This document shows positions 1 to 13,154 of a stretch of DNA of 64,000 bases, piece by piece. The stretch is from Malacoraja senta. Taxonomy: Eukaryota. Made by a program: the position numbers and the translations under genes. The notes below the pieces were generated by a model. It had not been told where the DNA came from and searched no databases. It was given only the letters and a program-made list of their open reading frames with translations. How positions within the stretch are numbered: the stretch's first letter is position 1; every line of letters begins with the position of its first letter. The stretch spans positions 84,196,001-84,260,000 of the forward strand of contig CM075977.1 of NCBI GenBank assembly GCA_038087875.1, given 5' to 3'.

Positions 1-850
1 GCTCTTTGGCCCAACTCGTCCATGCTCACCAATATATCCCATTTAAACTACTCATTTACCTTCATTTGACTCATATCTCTTTAATTCTTTCCTAACTATG
101 TACCTGTCCAAACGTCGTTAAATATTATTATTGTATCTGCCTAACCAACTTCTTCTGGCAATTCGTTCCATATACCCACCTGTGTGGAAAAAGTTGCCCC
201 TCGGGTTCCTATTAAATCTTCCTCATCTCATCTTCAACCTATGCCATCGAGGTGTTGCCTTCCCTATCCTAGAAAAAAGATTCTGAGCATTTATCCTATC
301 AACTCTCCATATGATTTTAAACACCTGTATAATGTGACACCACAGCCTCCTGCACTTCACGTCCTAGACGGCTTAATCTCTCCCTATAGCTCAGGGTCTC
401 AAGTCATGGCGACATCCTTGTAAATCTTCTCTGACCCTTTTAACATTAATGGCATCTTGGATGACCAAAACTGAAGACAACACTCTAAGTTTGGCTTTGT
501 ACATCTGTACCATTACGTTCCAACTTTGATACTCAATATGCTGACTGATGAACGTCAATGTGCCAGGAGCCTTCTTCACCACCCTATCTTCCTGGGACAC
601 CACTTTCAGGGAACTATGTACTTGTAGTCCTAAATCCTTATGCTCTACGACACTTCCCTAGGCCCTATCATTCACCGGCCTTGGTTTAACTTCCCAAAAT
701 GCAACACCTCACACTTATCTGAATTAAACTCCATTGTTCGATTTCTCAGCCGACTTGTCCAGCTGATCAAGATCCTGCTGTAATTCTTGATAACCATCTT
801 CATTGCCTACAATACCACCTATTTGAGTGTTATCACTGACTTGGAGTAGG
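1..850 (-). mobile_element. Decayed CR1/HER1-type LINE 3' fragment (RT C-terminus and 3' UTR)
   Basis: Minus-strand remnants DNTQIGGIVGNEDGYQELQQDLDQL (region after YADD) and IEYQSWNVMVQMYK match CR1 ORF2; many stops and frameshifts. Confidence 0.8.
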
Positions 851-1604
851 TTCCCTCCAATGAAATGAATGGAAGGAAAAAATTGTAGATTTTGTGAAAT
901 GCACTCAATCCTAATTGCTGTCTTCACTCCGCTCAGGCAACGTCTGATACCCAGGGAGAAATGAGCAAAGCCTACAAAATGATCAGTTTTGTTCCTTTGT
1001 CTGATCGAGGGGTATAATCAAAGGAATGTTCAAAGAGGGATCTGGCAGAGGCTTACAGAATAGAACGGCCTCTGTTATATTGACTAACTTTGCACAAACC
1101 CGAGACTGAAGTGCGAAAGTTTGTTTTAATTTATTTATTTGTTACAGCCCAGAATTCATTGAAAGGTTTTGGCGTAATTATAAGTTAAATAGAAACTCAC
1201 AACTCTTATCTTTTCCAAGAAATGTCACGTCATCCACTATATGTATTTACATCTCTGTGTCTGGGCAAATATTCATATATATACACCTGAATTTACATGT
1301 AGCAGAGTTAATTCCTAAGATTTCAGGAGTCCAATGGTAATTTTCTTTCCCTAATGGTTCTCATTAATAAATGCTGAATATGACCAAAGTGCTGATGGTA
1401 TCTGTCCATTATCTATCTCAAATATCTACATCCACCACGAAAAACATCACTACCCCATTTCCTCAAACTTCTCATGTGTTAGGAAGTACCAAATGGCCAG
1501 GAAGTCCGTCCCATTGAGTATTCCCCCATTTTGCATCATGACTGGCATTGTGATAAATGACAAGCCACAAAGAGACTGGAGTCTGAAGGCTCCCGACCCC
1601 AAAC

Positions 1605-1940
1605 ATCATAAGATAATCTGATAAGTGCAGAATTAGGTCATTTGGCCCGTCAAGTCTACTCCGCCATTCAATCATGGCTGATCTATCCCTCCCTATCTAC
1701 CCCATTCTCCTGCCTTCTCTTCATAACCTCTAACACCTGTACTAATCAAGAATCTATCTCTGCCTTAAAAATATCCACCGACTTGGCATCCACATCCTTC
1801 TAAGGCAAAGAATTCCAGATTCACCACCCTCTGACTAAAGAAATTTCTCCTCATCTCCTTCCTAAAAGAACGTCCTTTAATTCCGAGACTATGACCTCTA
1901 GTCCTGGACTCTGCCACTAGTGGAAACATCCTCTCCACGT
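1605..1940 (-). mobile_element. HER1/CR1 LINE 3' end
   Basis: Same 3' UTR (tcaagtctactccgccattcaatcatggctgatcta) as copies near 4345-4680, 5025-5165, 23277-23350, 25520-25600, 53170-53280 and 61575-61750. Confidence 0.85.
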
Positions 1941-2009
1941 CATTTGTCCATTCCCTCTACAATTGCTACCTGACCCATTGGGCTCCCCCAGCTCTTTGAT
2001 TTTGCTCTG

Positions 2010-2098
2010 AGACTTATTTTATGTAAAGCACTTTGGTTTCAAGGCGAGTTGATTTAAACGTGCTATATAAATAAAATTTACTTACTTACTTACTTACT
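2010..2098 (+). mobile_element. L2-type LINE/SINE 3' tail with (TTAC)n
   Basis: tgtaaagcactttgg...aaacgtgctatataaataaaat followed by about 5 TTAC units, a typical fish L2 terminus. Confidence 0.65.
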
Positions 2099-2404
2099 AG
2101 ACTGGAACTATTAAATGTAAACGGTCTTTTACATCCTAGCAGTAAAATCTCTCCAAGCTCAAACTACATCAGGTTTTTACACTCTTTTAAGAACAAAGAT
2201 AACAGCGGGTGATTCAATAAATTCCAATAGCTTACAATGACATTGTTTACTTCAATATTTAGAGTTTGACAAATGGTTCTAGTGAATCATATATTTTAGC
2301 AGGGGAGCACACTGAAACTGACTCGGCACATTTTCAAACACTTTTGTAGTGACAAACTAATTTGCATGGATGGTCTAAAAGATTCTGAGGACGGACACCC
2401 AAAA

Positions 2405-3601
2405 TCCAACGGGATCCCACCACTAGTCACATCTTCTTCTCTCCACCTCTTTCTGTCTTTCGCCCCTCCGCAACTCCCTAGTTCACTCATCCCTTCCCAC
2501 CCAAACCACCCCTCCCCAGGTACCTTCCCCTGCAACTGCAGGAGATGCAACACCTGTCCCTGTACCCCTCCTCCCTCAACTTCAACCAGGGACCCCGACA
2601 GTCCTTTCAGGTGAGGCAGGGGTTCACTTGCACCTCCTCCAACCTCATCTACTGTATCCGGAGTTCCCAATGTGGCCCCCTGTACATTGACGACTATGTT
2701 TAGACTTGGCAATCGTTTTGTTGGACACTTACGCTCAGTCCACCTAGGCCTACGCAATCTCTCAGTTGCCAAACATTTTCCATTCCCATTCCCACACTGA
2801 TCTTTCCGTTCTGGGCCACCTCCATTGTCAGAGTGAGGCCACACGCAAATTGAAGGAACAGCACCTCATATTTCGCTTGGGCAGCTTACAACCCAGTGGT
2901 ATGAACATTGACTTCTCAACATTGACAAGAAACTCCTGCATTTCTTTCCACCCGCCCATCTCTTCCCCCCTAGTCATCCTACTAGCTCCTCTGTTCACAT
3001 CCTGAATGAATAAATGAATGATACTTTGTTATTACATGTGTCATGTTGCAGCGAGACTCTTTGTTTTGCTTACACAAGTATGCAAAGAGTCGCCACAGAT
3101 AGGACGCCAACTGTTATAAAATATTCCATTTGGCCACTTAGTCCCCAATGGTCCCTCTTTGTTCTCGGCGACCCCCCACCCCCTCCCCACCCCCTGTCCC
3201 CATTTGTTCTCAGGGCCTCCCCCCTCACCCTTTGGGGTGCTCTTTTGATCTCGGTGGTCCACCAACACCAGGTCCCTCTTTGTTCTCGACGGCGCGTCCA
3301 GTGCCCACGTGGGCCCATCCGACCTCCGGCACTCACATGGGCAGGCCCGTCCAACCTTTCCATGTCGATAGCATATCTTCCCTAGACAACCATAGGCCAT
3401 TATGGACTACACCCTTCCTGCAGTTATCCGTTGCCGGCACTGTTTCCCTCTGTCCTTCTCTATCTTTCAGTCTAGAGAAGGGTTCCAACCCGAAACATCA
3501 CCTATCCCTTCTCTCCAGAGATTCTGCCTGACCCGCTGAGTTACTCCAGCATTTTGTGTCTATCTTCAGTATAAACCAGCATCTGCAGTTCCTTCCTACA
3601 C
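2405..3601 (+). mobile_element. Penelope-like element 3' part (GIY-YIG region and pseudo-LTR), interrupted by another insertion
   Basis: Remnants PGTFPCNCRRCNTCP and HSHTDLSVLGHLHCQSEATRKLKEQHLIFRLGSLQPSGMNIDFS; pLTR with a degenerate hammerhead motif near 3470-3500. Confidence 0.85.
3003..3365 (-). mobile_element. Short non-autonomous element with Rex1-like 3' tail, nested in the PLE
   Basis: (TGAA)n-like tail, GC-rich body and internal repeat ggtccctctttgttctcg; a related tail occurs near 46225-46325. Confidence 0.55.
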
Positions 3602-4035
3602 CCAAATTTAATTTAGTGAGGGTTAATTCTCTGGGTAAAAATATTCCCATTATTAATGGACAGAAGCAGATATATCTGTGACCATGATAAAGTGACAGAA
3701 TATTCTGATCTAGAATCTTTCTTGATATCAGCTATAATGGTGTGAAATATCTGAGCTGAAGATGTCTGACGCCTCATGTCTGACGCCTCGTTTGGTGTAG
3801 GCTAAATAACATTGCTCTATTGGTTTATGTTTGGCTGATGCATACGAGAACATCTCAGGGTCATGTCAGCTTGCAAATCGCATCTCTCAAACAGCCTGCC
3901 TCCTGCTGTGAGCCAGTAGCCTTTGTTTAGTAGATAGCTTTGTTTGCTTACAAAACTGTCCTTTTAAATTCAAAACAGAATACTGTTTTAGTTTACATTT
4001 GAACAGGGATTTTTAAAGACTGATTCTTGTTGGTA

Positions 4036-4216
4036 ATGTGTAGGATGGAACTGCAGATACTGGTTTAATCCGAAGATAGACACAAAAAGCTGGAGGAACT
4101 CAGCGGGACGGGCAGAATCTCTGGAGAGAAGGAATGGGACCCAAAATATCACCCATTCGTTCTCCACAGAGATGCTGCCTGTCCTGCTGAGTTACTCCAG
4201 CTTTTTGTGTCTATCG
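4036..4216. mobile_element. PLE pLTR-derived fold-back insertion
   Basis: Inverted arms (gatagacacaaaaagctgg...cagctttttgtgtctatc); direct repeat tcttgttggta at 4025-4035 and 4217-4227. Confidence 0.85.
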
Positions 4217-6294
4217 TCTTGTTGGTATTAATGCCTGCTGCCCCCTGAATTCCTAAAGAATGTCCGTGTCTAACAGCCCAGGACAACTGGAAAGGGAAAT
4301 GAGGCAAGAGAAGACAGCACAAATGATTTCCCATGTTGGTGTTGTCATAAGTTCATAAACACATAAGTGATAGGAGCAGAATGAGGCCATTCGGCCGAGC
4401 AAGTCAACTACACCAATCAATCATGGCTGACCTATCTCTTCCTCTCAACCCCATTCTCCTGCCTTCTCCCCATAATCCCTGACAACTGTACTAATCAAGA
4501 ATCTGTCAATCTCAGCCTTAAAAATATCCACTGACTTTGTCTCCACAGTTTTCTGTGGCAAAGAATTCCACAGATTCACCACCCTCAGACTAAAGAAATT
4601 CCTCCTAATCTACTTCCTAAAAGAACGTCCTTTAATTCTGAGGCTATCCTCTCCACATCCACTCTATCCAAGCCATTTGCACTTGCTTTACATGAGAACA
4701 TTAAAACATGTCAATGGGAATAGGGCTGCTGACCACTCTGGCTGCTTGATCATTCCATTTGATTATGGCTGATCTGCCCCAAATCTCAACTCATTTTCCA
4801 CGCCTGCTCCCCACCAAGCCCAAGGTGCTGATATTTCAAATATTTATCTTCTTATTTCAATGCCCCCCCCCCCCCCCCCCCAGTTACCTCATGGAAGAGA
4901 ATTCTACAGGTTGCTCCCTCCACTGGGAAAAAAGGTATTTTTTACATTTCACTAAATGAGCTCTGCACAAGAGTGGAGCGGATGTTTTGCTTGAAACCAT
5001 AACTAAATTTGGTGTGATTTCTGTGAGTGCAGGACAGAAAGGGTGACAGGGGTTATGTGGATAAGGCAGGAGAATGGGGTTAGGGAAAGATAGATCAGCC
5101 ACGATTGAATGGCGGAGTAGACTTGATGGGCCAAATGGCCTAATTCTGCTCCTAAAAGAACATGAAAAATTCTTGAGTCGCATGTCAAATTACTCGACTG
5201 CAATTAGACTCTTCCCTGAAAAGTCATGACATTAAAAAAAACTACCGCATACATGGGTAGATCTGACCATGAAGTGATTGTACTTTTAGTCTCAGTGTAT
5301 GAGGTCTTGAGGTGAGTATTGAATATCATGGCAAGTGTTTTAAAAGATCGAACAAATGAGTTCTAGGTCTATCAAGTGTATACGTGGTGATTGCAAAGGG
5401 ACATGGTAGTTCCAACTGGTGACTTCAAAATACCTCCTTCAAAACGTGGATGCGTGAGCCTTTATGAAATCTCTGGATACGTTTTACCTTCAAAATATCA
5501 CCTTTTGGGCTTGCAAAATCAGACATAAAATGCTTCCAAGTTTCTCTGCACTGAAACACTGGGCTTTGAAATTCGATAGCAAACCCAGTTTTGATTATTC
5601 GTTTCTGATGTTAGTGGTTAGTTTGGTTTGGAAGACTTCAATGAAACTGCGGGTAAAAGACCTCAACACATGTGCAATTTGAAACAGATGAATAAAACTA
5701 TGTATGATGATTGTAGATTATATAGTAAATCAGAGGCTGAAATGCATTAATTTTAAAGCATTGAAAAGAGCTGATTACAACCTAAGTTAGATGACACAAT
5801 GTGCCAATTAGAAACAATGGGCACTGGAGATATCAAAGAAGGGAAAGCATATTATTACATAATTTCTGGTAATGTCAGCATATTTTCTTTTTGGCTCTAC
5901 TGGTATTTTTTTTTAAATGATCCATAACTGTTGTTAAATCTTTAATGATAAAGTAAGAGAATGCTCCCATTCAAAAGTGCAATATTCCAACAGCTATGTT
6001 CTCTCTTTCAAAATGCGCTGTCTGGTGTTACGATAATTCAAGTTGCTTCATCAGTCTGTTTTGTATGCGATTGAGTCTTTCAGCAAGTAATGAATTGCAA
6101 ATCCTTGGGTGGTTAGATCAAATCTCAAACTCTGGGAACCTTTCCACCTTCACGCTCTTCCACACGCAAGCTGCCTCATGTGTTTCTGATCTTTCTTTAC
6201 TCTCTCTTGTCATTTCCGTGTTCCAGCCTTATCACCAGCCCTTCCTAATGTTGATGTGATTGAAATGGCTCACAAAGCAAGTACATTATGTATA

Positions 6295-6656
6295 TAATGT
6301 GTATAATATCATGAGAGGATTAAATCGGGTAGATGCACAGAATTTCTTGCCCAGAGTTAGTGAATCAAGGACCAGAGGAAATAGGTTCAAGGTGAAGGGG
6401 AAAATATTTAATAGGAATCTGAGGGAAAACGTTTTCACACAAAGGGTGGTGGGTGTATGGAACAAGCAGCCAGAGGAGGTAGTTGAGGCTGGGACTATCC
6501 CAACGTTTAAGAAACAGTTAGACAGGTACATGGATAGGACAAGTTATGGACCAAGCACAGGCAGGTGGGGATAGTGTAGCTGGGACATGTTGGCCAGTGT
6601 GGGCAAGTTGGGCAGAAGGGCCTGTTTCCACACTGTATCACTCTATGACTCTATGA
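6295..6656 (+). mobile_element. CR1-type LINE 3' fragment
   Basis: VYNIMRGLNRVDAQNFLPRVSESRTRGNRFKVKG...FTQRVVGVWN is a CR1 ORF2 C-terminus; (actctatg)2 tail. Confidence 0.85.
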
Positions 6657-7137
6657 ATCTAATATTTACAATCATGTATATCATGTATTAGTACTCTGCC
6701 TAATATTAATAAGATCTTTGGTTTCCTAAACAGCATGAGACTGGAATTCAACTCTCAAACGGTTATGTTCTGGGCCATTTTATGGCAGAAAATATGATAT
6801 TTTGAAGTATTGATGGAATATAATGTACATTGGGGAAAAATCACCATTTAGAATTATTGAAGGAATGGAAATCACCATGGCTAAGATATGGGGATGAATA
6901 TTACCATCACTTTTGATGAGAGATAAAGTTATGCACTGGGTAACCAGCATTAAATGTAGCAGTGGTGCAAGAGGTGCTGGGTGAACTCGTTCTTGCACAT
7001 GTGGTTCTCTTGGCTTCATTTTTGGGGGGAAATGCGGTCCTTATTATAAAGATGTTGAATTAGCGGGTGAGATAATGAAGTTCATCCCTTGGGGCTGTAG
7101 CTTTGAAGAAGTACTGCATTTAATAATCCGAGTAATG

Positions 7138-7530
7138 TTATTGAAACATATAAGATTGTTAAGGGCTTGGACACGCTAGAGGCAGGAAACATGTTCCCGA
7201 TGTTGGGGGAGTCCAGAACCAGGCGCCACAGTTTAAGAATAAGGAGTAAGCCATTTAGAACGGAGACGAGGAAACACTTTTTCCCACAGAGAGCGGTGAG
7301 TCTGTGGAATTCTCTGCCTCAGAGGGCGGTGGAGGCAGGTTCTCCGGATGCTTTCAAGAGAGAGCTAGATAGGGCTCTTAAAAATAGCGGAATATGGGGA
7401 TATGGGGAGAAGGCAGGAACGGGGTGCTGATTGGGGATGATCAGCCATGATCACATTGAATGGCGGTGCTGGCTCGAAGGGCCAAATAGCCTACTCCTGC
7501 ACCTATTGTCTATTGTCTATTGTCTATTGT
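7138..7530 (+). mobile_element. HER1 LINE 3' fragment
   Basis: LEAGNMFPMLGESRTRRHSLRIR...AVSLWNSLPQRAVEA; (ctattgt)n tail. Confidence 0.9.
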
Positions 7531-7577
7531 TATGCTCCTGAAGTCAAAGTGATAATATGATTCACCACACAAGCTTT

Positions 7578-7890
7578 ATAGAACAGTATAGCACGGGAAC
7601 AGGCCGTTCGAGCCATAATGTCTATGTCCTATATGTAGAGAAGTTAAGCTAATTTCCTCTGGCCGCATGTGATCAATATCCCTCCATTCCCTGCATATCC
7701 ACGTGCCGATATAAAAGCCTCATAAATGCCACTATTGTATCTACCTCCACATCACCCCTGGCAGTGCATTCCAGGCACCCACCACACTGTGTAAACTTAC
7801 CCCACACGTTTGCCCCTCTCACCTTAAATCTCTGACCTCTAGTCCTTGAGGTTTCCACCCCGGGGAAAACAATTCTAACTCTCTGCCCTT
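7578..7890 (-). mobile_element. CR1-type LINE 3' fragment
   Basis: METSRTRGQRFKVRG...DTIVAFMRLLYRHVDMQGMEGY. Confidence 0.8.
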
Positions 7891-9447
7891 GAGTAAATAT
7901 TGTGGTGTTTCTGTAATATTATTACACGTATCTAATGATGTGCTCTTCCATGACTGACCATATTGTCTTTGCAGTGAACGTATCTCGAGGATTTAGGAAA
8001 ATTCTGCATTTTTGATATAATATTTATGGTGTAAATATTTTTGAAGACTAATTTGTTCAGTGACCAAACCAGGATAGAGAGCCAATGTGAGGACCCAGAT
8101 TGATTTCTCTCTCTCGAGCTTACCAGAATGAGTCAGGACAGCTGCAGCTGTCAGCCGGACAGCTTGACATAGTTTGGCTGATGGGGCCTGTAATTTTCAA
8201 ATGTTCCAGGCCCAGGATCAAGCCCTGGAGGAGCAAGCCAAAGGGGTATCATGGCAGGTTTATGGCAGCCTCTGGTCTTCCTGCAGAATAAAGTTGAGCA
8301 ATCCTGTCTCTTCCAACTCCACAGGAACAAATGTTTGGAGTGTTTTTGCAACTGGCCACGTCACTCGCTTTAAGAATTAGACTTACGAAGAATGGAAGAT
8401 TCCTGCCAATGCTGGCTTTGGTGGGAGAAAACAGCTTTAGGAAACAGATCTGTTATGGCTCAGGAGACACAAGTAGTTATAAGTGACCCAAATCCCCATC
8501 CAGAACAGGTATGGAACTGGCTTTCTGTTTAACGTGTAGAAACAAGGAACTGCAGATACTGGTTAATACACAATTGGATGCAAAATGCAGGAGTAACTCA
8601 GCAGGTCAGACAGCATCTCTGAAGGACATGGATAGGTGACGTTTCATATTGAAACCTTTCTCCAGAGATGCTGCCTGACTTGCTAAGTTCCTCCAGCACA
8701 TCGAGTCCTTTTCTGTTAAAAATGTTGAACCTTGAACCAGTTCCACAGATGAATGAGGCTATGGTGAGCATCCCCCTAAATCTCTTCTCCTCACCCTCTC
8801 ATGCTCTCAATTGCTTTCCTTTAATCTAAGTCATTACAGCACATTCAGTTAGCTCTCTTAGCAAGTATTCTTTGTCTGGAGGCAATTCATCTGCATAAAT
8901 TGCATCTTCCTTATACAGCAAACATGAGCTGATGATGGTCGAGGAAAAGAAAAGGAAATTCTTCTTAGTGTGGGACAAGCTGAATGACTTTGGGAGGATT
9001 TAAACTTCTGACTGAAAATTATTCACTCTAACATTCCTTTGAGCATCCTTTTCAATCAAAGCTGGCAACAATCACAAAATAAAATCCATCACTTCCGTTC
9101 AAAGCTGTTATGATAGACGGTCTGTCATGATATCAGGAAGATGCCTCATTGTTGAAAATATGAGAGGAAATCAAAGTGCACAAGAGATTAGACCTTTGTG
9201 TGGCAAATCTGTTCCACAGGCAACACCAGACTCGCAATAACACGTATTAGATCCTGGTGACTCAGCTAATGGGCTAATTAAATGTTGGAAACCGTTATAG
9301 TTCTCTGGTCACTGCGTAAAACGGACTACAGTATACTGTTCCCATGGGCTGTATATTTACAAAGTAAAAATTAGCAAAATTACCCACCTTGCACACCGTG
9401 GAGCCATTCACTCATTAACACCACTGACCCATTCTCCTCATTCACAA

Positions 9448-9663
9448 TGTGCAGGAAGGAACAGCAGACGCTGGTTTAAACCGAAGATAGACACAAAAAG
9501 CTGGAGTAACTCAGCGGGTCAGACAGCATCTCTGGTGAAAAGGAATAGGTGGATATTTGAGCCGAAAGGGGTCTAAAGAAGGGTCTTGACCCGAAACATC
9601 ACCTATTCTTTATCTCCAGTGATGCTATCTGACCCGCTGAGTTACTCCAGCATTTTGTGCCCA
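9448..9663. mobile_element. PLE pLTR-derived fold-back insertion with 15-bp TSD
   Basis: Inverted arms; tctcctcattcacaa at 9433-9447 and 9664-9678; hammerhead-like motif near 9570-9603. Confidence 0.9.
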
Positions 9664-9805
9664 TCTCCTCATTCACAAAGATGGTTGGAAACTTATCTTC
9701 TTATGGATTCATTTGCAAGTCCAGCAGTAAAACTGGTCTGCACATACAATGCACAGACTCTACCCCAAATCAATGGCATTCGAGATCCCATTTACATCAA
9801 AGGTA

Positions 9806-10230
9806 GATAGACACAAAAAGCTGGAGTAACTCAGCAGGGCAGGCAGCACCTCTGGAGAGAAGGAATGGGTAATGTTTCGGGTCGCGACCCTTCTTCACAC
9901 CAGTCAGGGGAAAGTGAAACGAGAGATAGAGACGATGATGTAGAGAGATATCGTAGAGTCGGAGAGCAGGAGGAATCGGAGAGGGGGAGCAGCGAGAGAG
10001 GTTGTACTCTCTCTTCAGAGAGAGTACAACCTCTTCAAAGTAGACATACCTTGAGGAGGTTTTGCAGTGGAGCAGACAAAATGTGTAGGAAGGAACTGCA
10101 GATGCTGGTTTAAACTGAAGATAGACACTAAAACTTGGACATAACTCAGCAGGACAGGCAGCATCTCTGGAGAGAGGAATGGGTGATGTTTTGGGTCGAC
10201 ACCCTTCTTCAGACTAATCAGGGGAAAGGA
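9806..10230 (-). mobile_element. Partial tandem PLE pLTR-tail-pLTR unit
   Basis: Two same-orientation pLTR copies (about 9806-9950 and 10083-10230), each with a hammerhead-like motif; possible TSD catcaaagg. Confidence 0.75.
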
Positions 10231-10909
10231 TCATCAAAGGAGGTTGATTTACCACCACCCAAAACAGATGATCACACTGGCCACTCACAATGTGCCACTT
10301 TCAAAATGTTGATGACTGGAAGCATGGTGTTAACTAACACCACGGATCCTATTTTGAGGCAGTTAGTAAGTACAATCATACATGCAGCCACCTATTGTAC
10401 CATTTAAAATAATTAAAGGATTTTAAAATATAAACAGAGAGAATCTATTTTCTGTTGTGGAGGAATCAAGAATATGATCTGTCCTGCCCCACCTCTCTCC
10501 CAGCTCTCTTCACCCCCCCTGCTCCCACCTTCTACAATCACTCTGAAGAGAAGTCCCGATCCAAAACGTTACCTATCCATGTCCTCCAGAGATGCTGCCT
10601 GACCCATTGAGTTACTCCAGCACTTGGTGTCTTTTTTTTAATAAACAAGCAGTCTGCAGTTCCTTGTGTCTACAAGAATCATCAGGCTTGAAGCCCGTAA
10701 GACCACAAGCAGCATTGAACATGGTGGAGTAAGGGGTGAGGAGGAAGCAGTGGAGCAAGTGTGTTGCTGGAGAAAAGGAAGGGACACTGGGAAAGATCTT
10801 TGCAGCTTCTGAGAATACATTAAATGGAGTTTGCCATTCAGCCCTCCAAGACTGCTCCACTTTTGAATTACTCATCTTAGCTGACTTCTGCCACAACTCC
10901 ATCAACCAA

Positions 10910-11218
10910 TATTGATTTCACTAACTTCAAGTAACCCTTGCTTTCCCTATCTCTCCGACTAGTTCCCCGACTAGCTTCACTGTCCTCCTGATTAAAATTT
11001 ACTGATTGTATACCTCCCCTCAGCTAACAATGATCCATTCTACATTTCCTTATCATCATCTGCTTTGATCTGTCATTTTCACACCTTACCCTTCCATATC
11101 TCTCGTCTCCCTCTCCCCTGACCCACAGTATAAAAAGGATCTCGACCCGAAACATCACCCATTCCATCTTTCCAAAGATGCTGCCTGTCCCGCTGAGTTA
11201 CTCCAACATCTTGTGTGC
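10910..11218 (+). mobile_element. PLE 3' end / pLTR
   Basis: Starts at the ORF end (attgatttcactaacttcaagtaa) and runs through the pLTR; degenerate TSD catcaacca. Another pLTR lies near 10480-10673. Confidence 0.75.
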
Positions 11219-12049
11219 ATCAACCAGTCTTGGTTTGGAAATTCAAAGGATTATGAATGTCAATGATGAGATATTCAGTTGAAACAGATTTTTGGAGAAG
11301 AAGTTCTAGAGTTCTCCTGGCCTTCACACGAGAGGGCGATTTCTGACATCACACCTATTATATCACACTGATCTTTTATTAAGGGTTCAAGCTATCCTTT
11401 TTTAAATCTCCGTCATCAGACGAAACAGCTTCTCTCTATTTACTCTTCCCAATCCTTTAATCACTTTAAATGGGCCCATTACACTCCCTTTTGATCTAGT
11501 ATGCTCAAAGCAACACGTTGGCCTGCATAAAGTGGCCTCATAGTTTAACTCTTTAGCCCAGCAATCATCCTGGTGGATCTTTAAAGTCTGGCATCAAACT
11601 CTCCACCTCCTCGATATACACACCTCTCCCCACTATCCACGGAACCTATATAACCTTCCTGGTGAATAGTACTGAATGCAGTGCTTTAAGTGGTGTTGCA
11701 TTAACAGAAGATCCATCTCACTTTGTGATATAAGCCAACATCACCTTGGAGTTTAATTTTTTTGCACTGGTTCAGTAGTGATTTCTGTACCTCAATATTT
11801 AACCTTCTGAACTCTTCCACAGTTCCCCTGCATCTCGCTTTATGAGAATACATAGGTTTGAAGTGGATGAGCTCAAATGTCTCCAAAGGGAACACTTGCT
11901 ATACCTTTGCCCATCAATTTTCATATTCATATTATGCTTTATTTGCAAGTTCATTAATATTATAAACCCCCCCCCCCCCTCTCTCCTTCTTTCCTGTGTC
12001 CCACATGATGGACACTCATTTCCCCCTTTCCCCTTCTTCCCATCCCCTT

Positions 12050-12915
12050 TAAGGATGGGGGGATTCCCCCCAAATCCAGGGGCACCGTCGAGTATGGCTG
12101 CCCTGCCAGCAGCTGTTAGTCTTTTCACCCTTTTTTTTTATTTTTAGTGAGTTAAAAGTGTTTGTTTTTGAGGTCTTTTAGTCTTTTTATGTGGGGGATT
12201 GGGGGGGGAAGGGGGAAACTATTTGTCTCAGTCCCTACCTGGTCGGAGATGCGGCTTTTCTCCGAGCCGTGTTTTCGCCCCTTCCTCGCGGCCTACCAAC
12301 AGACTGGAGCGCCGTTTCCTGCCGGGACCGGCCAGGACTTCAGCTTCGGCAGCGGCACAGCGCTGAGGCACCATCGTGGAGCGGGCGATGCCTTACCCGG
12401 GTCGCCGTGCGGTAAGCTCCGGAGTGCTGAGACCGCCGACTCCAACATCAACAGAGCTGCGGTCTGCGGTGCTTCCAGCCGCGGGCGGCGCTGAGCTTTA
12501 AACACCGCGGAGCCTGGGATCTCACAACGAGATCGCCAGAGTCTGAGCTCCGACCAGAGCGGCCCGTGGACTTCGGGAGCCTAGGTCTCCGGGGAGGAAG
12601 CGGCCGCTCCAGACAATCCAAGCCGCTGAGAGCGTTCACCCGACGCCAGAGCTTCACCATCCGGCGAGAGGGCCTGAAGCATCGGGCTGCCGTAGCCACG
12701 ACTGCGGAGGCCTCAATAAGCCCGACTATGGGTGAACAGGGGACGGGGCTGGACTTTTGATGCCTTCCCCCACAGTGGGAACCATTGTGGGGGGATGTTT
12801 TATGTTTACTGTTAAATTCTTTGATGTTGTGTCTTAGCTTTATTTGTGTGCTGCATATTTCACTACACCAATTGGTGTATGTGATAATAAATATCCTTTG
12901 TATCCTTTGTATCCT
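12050..12915 (+). mobile_element. GC/CpG-rich non-coding element with Rex1-like 3' tail, nested in a pLTR remnant
   Basis: Ends atttcactacaccaattggtgtatgtgataataaa + (tatcctttg)n; CpG-rich body; no tRNA A/B boxes or credible ORF seen. Confidence 0.6.
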
Positions 12916-13154
12916 ATATTCCTCTGGGTTCATATTTCATGCGTCTACTCTCCTTATCTCACACTTTTTGTCTATCTCTGTCCTTTGTCCAACTGTTTGC
13001 CAATCAAATCCCCCCCATCCTTCACCTGTATCCACCTATCACTTGCCAGGCTTTGACCCACCCCACCTCTCTTCCAGCTTTCTCTCTCCTATTACAGTCA
13101 GTCCGAAGAAGGGACCCAACCCGAAACATCGCCTGTCCATGTTCTCCAGAGATC

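Noticed and set aside
6227-6281. Strong plus-strand acceptor followed by LSPALPNVDVIEMAHK
   Set aside because: Donor is weak or non-canonical, the peptide is unrecognised, and it is isolated.
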